A DNA stretch of 63,669 nt, filler included, from Reclinomonas americana ATCC 50394 (Eukaryota), in assembly GCA_048213135.1 (NCBI GenBank). It is 12 parts of 12 records of this genome, joined end to end, with 100 filler letters (N's around TTAATTAATTAA, not from the genome) between each part and the next. Parts side by side here need not be neighbours in the genome. Positions count along the whole stretch, not along the records: positions 50,231 to 54,044 come from AFZH01020003.1; positions 54,145 to 58,596 come from AFZH01020004.1; positions 58,697 to 63,669 come from AFZH01020006.1; 9 more parts are not named here. One strand, given 5' to 3'. Shown piece by piece: positions 50,720-60,716 of this stretch. Made by a program: the position numbers and the translations under genes. Each line of letters starts with the position of its first letter. The stretch's first letter is position 1. The notes under the pieces were generated by a model. That model did no database searches, had not been told where the DNA came from, and was given only the letters and a program-made list of their open reading frames with translations.

Positions 50720-53700
50720 TGGCGATGGAGTGACTAATTGTCTTCTGTTGTGCCAGCCATTCCTCCTGTGCAAATCACACCGTCGACTCTGAATGTGCCA
50801 ACAACTGGCTTGTCGTCGGGTGCATCGGTCGGCACCGTGTCTGCCACATCTGGCACTGGTTTCACCTTCACGCTGGCGGCAGCGAGTGGCAGCAATGACA
50901 ATGCAGTCTTCACCATAGCGACGCCGAGCACTGGTGCAGTGACACTGGCGTCGGCATTCACGTGGCCACAAGCAGTGACGAGTCGCACACTGGAGGTGGT
51001 GGTATCGGACGGCACGTACTCGGCGACACAATCGCTGACCATCACGGTGACCAACGCATCGGCGTCGGGCACGCCGCCATCGAATCTCCAGTTCTCAGTC
51101 ACCTCAATTCTGGTTCCGCCACCAAGTGGACTGGCCATCAATGCCAGCGTCGGCACGGTAACCGCCGATGGCGACACACCGCTGTCGTTCAGTCTCGCCG
51201 CGGCCAGTGGCAGCAACGACAACGCACAGTTCAAGTTTGCGAGTGCATCGTCGGGCGCGGTGTCGCTGGCGGCAGCCATTTCGTGGCCGACTGCACTCAC
51301 GTCTCTGCGACTGGAGGTGGTGGTGTCGAATGGCGCCGGATCGGCATCCAAGGTGTTCACGCTGACGGTGTCTAATTCGTGCCCGGGCAACTGCAGCAGC
51401 CACGGCACGTGTGCGGCAGCGACGGGAGTGTGCACATGCACTGGAGGATACTTGTCGTCTGCATGCGGTGAGTGGGAGATGGAGAAGAAGGGGGCGTGGA
51501 GATCGATGACTAATTGTCTTTTGTTGTGGCAGCGATTCCTCCCGCGCAAATCACACCGTCGACACTGAATGTGCCGACTGCCGGCCTGTCATCGGGTGCA
51601 TCGGTGGGCACAGTGTCTGCCACAGCAGGCACTGGTTTCACATTCACGCTGGCGGCAGCGAGTGGCAGCAACAACAATGCACTGTTCACAATTGCCACAC
51701 CCAGTACTGGCGCTGTTACGTTGGCGTCGGCATTCACGTGGCCGCAGGCAGTGACGAATCGCACGCTGGAGGTGGTGGTATCGGATGGCACGTACTCGGC
51801 GACACAGTCGCTGACGATCACGGTGACGAACTCGTGTCCGGCCAACTGCAGCAGCCACGGCACGTGCGCTGCGGCGACGGGAGCGTGTACGTGCACTGGA
51901 GGATATTTGTCGTCTGCGTGCGGTGAGTGGGAGATGGAGTAGAAGGCGATGTGGAGGTGGAGTGACTTACCTCGCTTTCTTTGGTTCTGCCAGCCATTCC
52001 TCCCGCACAAATCACACCGTCGACGCTGAATGTGCCAACAACTGGCCTGTCGTCGGGAGCATCGGTGGGCACGGTTTCAGTGACTGCCGGCAGTGGTTTC
52101 ACCTTCACGCTGGCGGCGGCGACTGGCAGCAACAACAATTCACTGTTCACAATTGCCACACCCAGTACTGGCGCTGTTACGTTGGCGTCGGCGTTCACTT
52201 GGCCACAAGCAGTGACGAGTCGCACGCTGGAGGTGGTGGTGTCAGATGGCACTTACTCGGCGACACAATTACTGACCATTACGGTGACGAACTCGTGTCC
52301 GAGCAACTGCAGTGGCCATGGCACGTGTACGGTATCAACTGGAGTGTGCGCGTGCACAACGGGATACGCCCTGCCATCTTGCAGTTTCGCACAAACTACA
52401 AGCTTTGTTGTTTTCTTGCGTAGCATTACTCATTCTCCTTGACACTGCACAGCCAACATTGCGCCGACCAACTTGTCGCTCAGCGCCTCGACCATCACGA
52501 TTCCAACAATTGGCCGGGGCATTGGGTTCTTGGTGGGGACGGTCTCTGCCGTGGATGCGCAGTCAATCACCTACTCGTTGGCCACGCCGGGCGTTACAAA
52601 CAACAACAGCTTGTTCGCGGTCAATGCTTCCACCGGAGCCCTCACCCTCGCGCAGGCCTTGACGTGGCCGTACACTGCTTTGACGTCGCTGGTGGTGGCC
52701 TTTGTTGCCACTGATAGCGGCTCGCCGCCTGCCTCAAGTAGCCAGTCGGTGTCGCTCACCGTCTCCAACGCATGCACGCCGCCGTGTGCGGTATGCGATT
52801 CGTCCACGGGCACCTGCCTGTCCATGTGCACTCAGGCGAATGTCACTGGTCCCACTTGCAGTGGTGAGCAACAGAATCGAGGTCTCACGCGCACTTCCAT
52901 GGCTCCTCACATCGTCGCATGTGCGCAGATTGTGTGCAAGACTACTATCCTGCTCCCTCCATCGGCGGCCAGTGCACTGTGCTGTTGCGTCCGCATTTGT
53001 TGCCAGATCATTCACACAACAGCTGACTCTGCGTTGTGTCTTGAACAGTTGCACGCGTGCGGCAACGTGCAACAACCACGGCAGCTGTTCGTCGTATGGC
53101 TTGTGGTGCGTATCTCGATGCGCACACACCTCCTTGTCGTAAAAGAGTTGCTCATTCAGGGATTAGTGTCTGCGACACGGGATTCTCCGGCGATGCCTGT
53201 GAATGTTGCGACGGTCCCCGACCCTCTCACTTGTTTTCGCGTGCTCACTGATGTTGACAGCATTCGCAATTTCGGTAACGCCGGTCAACATTCCACTCTC
53301 GCAAGCCTCCACTGTCGTCGTCAGTGGCTCCGGCCTACTCTCGGACATGATTGTGTCGGTGGTGACCCTTAGCACTGCCGGCTGCTCCGCAGACACAGTG
53401 GCCGCCGGAGCGTCGGGCCTCGCCCTCAATTCGGTGAGCCCTGTAACGTCGGGTGGCTCAACCACACTGGTTCTGTCGATCACTGCCACGGAGCCCGCCA
53501 GTCTTCTGGTGTGCGTCCAGTACGCTTCGAGTGGCGCCTTTGTCTTTACGTCCAATCCAGCTGCTGCTCGCCTGACGGCCGGCATTCGTTGCGTGTCAAT
53601 TTGTGAGGGCCATTGTCGTGATGAAGTTCTCAACATGTCGCGCACACCGCAGCCTCCATCGCTGGATCCACCGGTCTGGCAGCGGCTGGCGAGTCATCAT

Positions 53701-53799
53701 CGTGGCGCACAAGCCGACCATCAGCCGGCACTAGTCCGCGCACCTTCCGACAGGCAGTCACATACGCAAAGATGTTTGCCGCAGCCCCAGTTGTGATGG
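50286..53799 (+). CDS. Extracellular repeat protein: alternating cadherin-like and EGF-like domains, then IPT/TIG-like and possible H-type lectin domain (internal fragment)
   Basis: Repeated ~100-aa beta-rich unit (GASVGTVS...FTI....GAVTL...VVVSDGTYSATQSLTITVTN; last copy VATDSGSPPASSSQSVSLTV) followed by CPGNCSSHGTCAAATGVCTCTGGYLSSAC. Confidence 0.8.
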
Positions 53800-53814
53800 T
53801 GTGTATGTGTGCCA

Positions 53815-53966
<152 letters not shown>

Positions 53967-54144
53967 CGTCGTGTCGTCTCGTTCGTTACGTTACTTACGT
54001 TACGTAGTGTAGTGTGTCGTCGTCGTGTCGGTAGGTGTCGTTCGNNNNNNNNNNNNNNNNNNNNNNNNNNNNNNNNNNNNNNNNNNNNTTAATTAATTAA
54101 NNNNNNNNNNNNNNNNNNNNNNNNNNNNNNNNNNNNNNNNNNNN

Positions 54145-54279
54145 ACTCACTCACTCACTCACTCACTCACTCACTCACTCACCACTCACTCACACACTCA
54201 CTCACTCACTCACTCACTCACTCACTCACTCACTCACTCACTCACTCACTCACTCACTCACTCACTCACTCACTCACTC
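54145..54279. repeat. (ACTC)n microsatellite
   Basis: Near-perfect tetranucleotide run at the contig start. Confidence 0.95.
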
Positions 54280-54375
54280 TTTCCCTCCATGTCTCCCCTC
54301 CATCCCCTCCCTTCCCTTCCCTCTCTCCCCCTCCCCTTCCCTCCACTCACTCACCCTCCCTCTTCCCCCATCCAG

Positions 54376-56249
54376 TGGGCACCAAGCGAGGCCGATCTCG
54401 CGTGACGGAGCTGTGCACGTTCTTCACCAAGTACGGACGGTGCAAGCGTGGCGATCACTGCCGTTATGTGCACGATGTGGCGCGGAGAGGCATCTGTCGA
54501 GCGTTTCTGCGTGGCTCGTGTGAGCACATGGAGCGGCCGCAGGAGTGTCTGTTGTCGCATGAGATGGTGAGGCTTCTTTGCGGGGAAAGGGGAGAGAGGG
54601 AGAGAGAGAGGAGGGAAGAGAGAGAGAGAGGGAAAGGGAAGGGAAGAAAGGGAAGAGGGGAAGAGGGAGAGAAGAGGGGAAGAGGGAGAGAAGAGGGGAA
54701 GAGGGGGAGAGAAGACCAAGGGTGATGTGCGACCTGAGAGAGGCCTCCATCCCCTCCTTGCTCTGTGGTCGCATTCCTTTTTCACTCTCTCCTCCTTTCT
54801 CAGTGGTCTCTCTACTCTCATTCTGTTCATGTTTGTTCCTTGGAAGTTGTTCCTCTTCTCTGGCTCTCCGCTGCCATGCTGCTTCCCATGTTATCATCTC
54901 TGTTTTTCTCTCTGTCTTTCCTTTCATTGCTCCGCATCTCTCGCTCTCTCTCTCCCTCATCCCCCTCTCCCTCCTCCTCCCTCCTCCTCCCTCGCCCCCC
55001 CCCCAGGTCACCTGGGTGGCCACTCCGCTGTGAGAGAGCTTTAGCAGGAGGAGTGTGTGTGTGTGAGAGAGAGGAGTGGAGAGCGTGGGATGCTGTAAAG
55101 CAGCGGAGAGAGAAAGAAAAAGGTCACTCCAACTGGGAATACAGAAGAGCAGCGAGAAACGGAGAAAAGAAACAATGCAACATGGAGAAAGAGAGAGAGA
55201 GTGTGTATGTGTGTCTCTCTCTCTCACTCACCCGTAGCCTTTCCTCTACTTCCCTTCTGTGCATCTGTGCTCTTCCTTACTCCTCCGTTTGCGATTACTT
55301 GTCTCCTCTCTTTCTCACCATGTTCCTGCCCTCTTCTGCCCTTCCATGTTCCTCCTTTTCTTCCCTCATCCCTCATTCACTCCTCTTCCACCCTCGCCGC
55401 AGGACCCCCGCCGCATGCCCGCCTGCTTGCACTTTCTCCGCGGCTCCTGTACGGCCACCGACTGCAAGTTTCCGCACCAGCAGCTCAGCGCCGACGCACC
55501 GCTCTGTCCCGCATTCAAGAAGGGTACACAAGCGCACCCATCACCTCACTGTGCTGTTGTCGTCGCTTACGCCCTTTTTGAGCAGGTTTTTGTGAAAATG
55601 GTGCCTCGTGCCCCATGCTGCACGCGTTTGTGAGCAAAAAGGCGGCGGCGGAAGCGGTCGACGTGAGCGATTCGCTGAGACCGCACTTTGCGGACGAAGT
55701 GGATGAAGTGGAGGAGGAAGAAGAGGATGGCGAGGAGCAAGAGGACGAAGAGGGCGAAGAGGAAGAGGGTGTGACTGAACACGTGGTCGGTGCGTGTTGC
55801 ATTTCGCATGTTCATTCTGGGTTGTTGGCGCAGAGTACGGCAGCGATGAGGAAGAGGAGGAGGTTGAGGAGGAGGAGGATGAGGAGCCGGCACTCAAGAG
55901 GCGTCGACTGAGGTGTGTTTTCGCGTTCGATGCCCTCGTTCCCCTCCGCTGCCCTCATTTGCTTGTGTGCTCCAGCAACGAGGAGCCACAAACGCCATCA
56001 TTTCTTCGTGTGGCCGCGGAGGACACACCGCAGTCGGCAACTGGCGACGGACTGGGGTTTCGGGTGTGCCTTCTCTCTTGTCTCACTGCGTGAATTCTCC
56101 GTATGTGTGTGCGTGTGCCCGCCCCGCTGATTGGTGAGAGCGACAAACAGGAGGAGTCGTCAGGTCGGCTGTCCATGGACGGGCCCATCGACATTAGACC
56201 ATTCTTCTTCCTCGAGTCCGACAGCGCTGTGACGCCGAGCGACGAGTGA
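54376..56249 (+). CDS. Tandem CCCH zinc-finger protein, ZC3H3/Red5-like (3' part)
   Basis: CTFFTKYGRCKRGDHCRYVHD...ICRAFLRGSC...CLLSH|...MPACLHFLRGSC...CKFPH...LCPAFKKG|FCENGASCPMLH. Finger spacing and linkers resemble ZC3H3; acidic tail. Confidence 0.8.
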
Positions 56250-56739
56250 GTGCGTGCGTGGTTACGTGGTGGTGCGTGTGTGTGTGCGTGAACTCCAGGC
56301 CAATTGGGATTTTGTTCCACATTTGAATGAGCTCTGCACCCTGAAAAAATAAACAGCCGCCAAAGTGCCTCGCAAGTGACGATCGAGGGCTGAGATTTGG
56401 AGAAGGAGCTGCGGAGCAGTGCAAGTTTCTGGCGGCCTCGTCGTACGTTCTGCGTGATAACTATCTGGATGAAGCAGATTGCAGCCAAACAATCAGCCAT
56501 CATTGACGTCGAGATCGGCAGGACACGACGAGGTTTTGTTGACCAGAAGCCCTTTTCCTGCACATCGAGCGCAGCACTCCCTCTAGCGCAGTACAGCGCA
56601 CTGTCTTCTCACTCTCCCCGCGTGCATTCCTCCCCAACGTCGCACCACTGACATCGACGTCGCCAAGCGGGCCCACAGGACACGCCCACTCACCTGCTCA
56701 CTTGCCCGTGAACGCACACCTTTACACACTCCACACACC

Positions 56740-58596
56740 ATGGCTTCTGCTGCTTCCTCGTCCGGCGCTCCGGCGTCCGCTGCCTCCGGCTCGGCCAGCA
56801 GGCCCCCGGCAGAGAACTCATTCTTGGAGCTCTGCGCGCGTCTCAGCCTGCCTCGCGAACGTTGCGCATCACAGGCACTTTCATAGACAGAGACAGAGAG
56901 CGCGACTGCACGCAGAGGTTCACAAGAGAGGAAAAAGCGTGTGTGTGTGCGTGCGCGGAAGAAAAATGGCCAACTTGAGCAACACTTTGTTTCTTTTGTG
57001 TGTGTTTGCCACTCACTGCGTGTCTCTCTTTCTTGCCACGCACATGTGTGTCTCTCACGCACAGAGTGTCGTACGAATGCGCTGTGAGAAAAGAGTGCAA
57101 AAGTTTGTTTGTTTTGCGGGACATTTCCCCGTGTGTGAGAGACACACTACTTGCACACTTTCTCTCTTCGTCACTGTCAACACACGCGTGTGCGTGCATG
57201 TGTGTGTGCGCACAGACGCTCGTGTGTGCACGAGAGAGACAAGATGACACTCCTTATGTGTGTGTGCGTGTTTGAAGTGACATGTCGCGCGACTCCTTTG
57301 TGTGTGTGGTCACTTTGCATGACACATGAGAACACTCTTGCCTTGTGCGTGTGTCTCTCGTGTGCTTAACTCTCACTCTGTGAACGTGCAAGGAAGAGAA
57401 GATGCAATTGTATTGACACTCCCCTCAATGCAAACACACGCGCGCACACACACTCACACACATACACGCACACGCTCACACACACACGCACTCTCTCTCT
57501 CTCTCACAGAGCACTCTATCTCATTTGTTTATCTTTAGGATCTCTCACTTGTCACTCACTCTAATCATTTTGTGTTTCCTTTTTTATGCAGTGTCGGCCT
57601 CGTTGAACACTCTGGTCAACTCGCAGCAGTTCCGCGATGCGTGCGTCGAGGCGTTCGAGGCGGCCGATACCGATCGCAGTGGTCGTTGCGTTTTTATGTC
57701 TCTCGGAGAAAAAGTCCGCTCTTGTGCATTCTCGTGTCTGTCATGATTGGTACCTCTGTCTGCTCGTGCATGCGCACTTGTACTTTGTTGCATGGTCGCT
57801 CGTGTGAGTGTTGCCACTCCTCTGCTTGAGTCAGTCTTCCCTCTGTTCGTTTCTTTCTCGCGCGCTCGCCGCTCCTTGGTTGAGTCACCCCTTTTGCATT
57901 TCTTTTTTCACATGTTTTGCACGCGTTTGCGCTGTTCGGAAGTCTTGCTCTCAAATCTTTTTATCTTTCTTTCACTCATCACCTCTCTGTTTTCCTCCGC
58001 GCTTTTCCTCTCTGTTCTCGCGCGCACTCCGGCGAATATGCGTCATCAATCTCGACCTTCGTCCTCTTGTGTTTTTTCCTTGTACCTCACCCCTTCACCC
58101 TTCTCCTTTTCCTCCCTCCTTCCCCTTCTGCTCACCCTTTTTCTCTTCTGCTCCCCACAGGCCTGGAGGCCAAGGAGTACAACTCCGTCGTCCAGACGCT
58201 GCTCGAGATGGTTTGTGTTTCACGAGTGCCTTCTTCAAAAGTCGATTCGCCCCCCTCACCATCCGTGCTCGCAGTTCGTGGACTTCCTGCCGTACCACGA
58301 CACCACCTTCTCCACCGACGATGTGAACGCCGTGCTCGGCGCGTTCGACACGAGCGGTGACGGCACCATCGACAAGGGCGAGGTACGCGCGCGTGTCTTT
58401 GTCAGTTGGGAACTCTGCAGGATGCTTACCTTGCATAATTCTTGTGGCAGCTCCAAATCGCCGCCAAGATGCTTGTGCTGCTCCGCGCGTACTCGGACTA
58501 CAAGTACCAGCAGGCGCATCGCGAGGTTGTCAGCCACCTCCGCGTGGAGGGTGTGGTCGGTGCGTGGTGGAATCAGATGCTGTGTGTCGCCCTGTT
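56740..58596 (+). CDS. EF-hand calcium-binding protein (3' end lost at linker)
   Basis: Two canonical 12-residue loops after splicing: DTDRSGRLEAKE and DTSGDGTIDKGE. The first exon is less certain. Confidence 0.8.
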
Positions 58597-58696
58597 NNNN
58601 NNNNNNNNNNNNNNNNNNNNNNNNNNNNNNNNNNNNNNNNTTAATTAATTAANNNNNNNNNNNNNNNNNNNNNNNNNNNNNNNNNNNNNNNNNNNN

Positions 58697-59160
58697 AGGA
58701 GGGAGAGGGGGAGGAAGGAGAGACGAGAAGGGAGGAGGAAGGAGAGACGAGAAGAGGAGAGAAGGACAGTGAAGGAAGAAAGGAGGAAGGAGAAGGGAGG
58801 AGAGAAGAGGAGAGAAGAGAAGAGGATAGAAGAGAAGAGGAGAGAAGAGAAGAGGAGAGAAGAGAAGAGAGGAGAGGAGAGGAGAGGAGAGCGGAGAGCC
58901 GAGAAGACAGAAACATAATTGGAGAGAAGGGAAGAGCGGGAAAGAGAGGCAGAGGCACAGCTGCAGAGGCAGAGAGAAAGAGAGAAAGAGTGACGGCACG
59001 CAGAACAAGACGGAGACAGGAAGACAAGGACAGGAGCAGAAGAAGAGCGAGTGTGTGCAAGAGAGTGAGAGCGGCAAACAGAGAATGTGTGTGAGAGAGA
59101 GGCACCCAGAAGCAAGAAGACAAAGAAAGAGGCAAAGACACAAGAGAGAGAGGATGAGCA
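58697..59160. repeat. Purine-rich (GA/GAGAA) low-complexity tract
   Basis: Almost pure A/G on the plus strand with GAGAA/GAGAG iterations. Confidence 0.9.
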
Positions 59161-59279
59161 AGTTGCATTGCATCCTCACAGACAACTCTGCCTCTCTCTC
59201 TCACGTATGTGAGTCTGCATGCGTCCTCACAGACAACTCTTCCTCTCGCTCTCACTCACATAATCACTCACTTCCTTCA

Positions 59280-59311
<32 letters not shown>

Positions 59312-59551
59312 TCCTCTTCGAGTGTGCAAGTCTGAATGCGTCCTCAGAGACAACTCTTTCTCACACTTGCAAAATCACTCACTTCATCTCTCTCACACAC
59401 TCTCACTCTCCCCTTCTCTCTCTCTCTCTCTCTCTCTCACTGACCTTTCCACTGCTGCACAAGTCGACCGAGACACTCTCCAACACAGAGAGGCATCCTC
59501 GACAATGTTGAGGAACGGTGCTATAATCAGCTGTCCAAGCAATGAGGAAGC

Positions 59552-59582
<31 letters not shown>

Positions 59583-59639
59583 CTGCCTCCTCCTCTGCGT
59601 CTTTCCATCTCAGAATCGATTGCAAACATGCGGGACATG

Positions 59640-60430
59640 ATCCATCATGACAAAGTGTGGAGGGATGCCTGTTCTCGAAGTACGTTGCCGGTGTGCTCTT
59701 GTCACTGTAATCGATAAGCGCACGTGGGGTTGTCTTGGCGAAGAAGGTTTTGGAAAACTTCTGACAACTTCTTGCAAGGGCACATTATGATCAACAACAA
59801 CTTCCGGATCCATGACAAAGTGTTGAGGGATGCCTTGTCGAAGTGCGTTGCCGGTGTGCAGTTGGCACTGTAAGCGAGAAGCGCACGTGGAGTTGTCTTG
59901 GCGACGCCGATATTTGGGAAAACCTCTGGCAACTTCTTGCAAGGGCACATCAACAACAACTTCCATGACAAAGTGTTGAGGGATGCCTTGTCGAAGTGCG
60001 TTGCCGGTGTGCAGTTGTCACTGTAATCGAGAAGCGCACGTGCGTTTGTCTTGGCGAAGTCGGTTTTTGGGAAAACCTCTGGCAACTTCTTGCAAGGGCA
60101 CATCAACAACAACTTCCATGACAAAGTGTTGAGGGATGCCTTCTCGAAGTGCGTTGCCGTTGTGCAGTTGTCACTGTAATCGAGAAGCGCACGTGCGTTT
60201 GTCTTGGCGAAGTCGGTTTTTGGGAAAACTTCTGCAGCTGACGACTTCGAGGGTTTCATGCATGTGCAGACTTCTCTTCTTGCGCATGCAAGGGCACAAC
60301 AACAACAACTTCCATGACAAAGTGTGGAGGGATGCCTTCCGGAAGTGCGTTGACTGTGTGCACTTGTCACTGCAATTGAGGAGTTGTCTTGGCGACGTCG
60401 ATTATTGGGAACCTCTGACAACTTCGAGAG
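59640..60430. repeat. Tandem repeat, ~153-bp unit, about 5 copies (outer copies degenerate)
   Basis: CATGACAAAGTG recurs at about 59646, 59811, 59964, 60117 and 60313. Confidence 0.9.
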
Positions 60431-60716
60431 TTGCATACAGCCTTCTCTCTTTCTTGCTAGGGCACAGCAACCAACTCGTTCCGCTCACTGTTCTCCTCAA
60501 CACGTAAACAGAAACTCACCGTGTGAGGAGCGAGCGCCCGCTCTCTCTCTCCCTCCCCCTCCCCTCTCTTCCCCCTTCCCTCTCCCCCTTCTCTCTCCCG
60601 CACAATCACATCGCTGCAGCTGTTTGTCACTTTTACACGTAAAGCGATGCGCGACAACAAAAAGCAGCACACAGAACACAAGAGAGGATTGGTAAACCTG
60701 GGGACGACCTCGCCCC

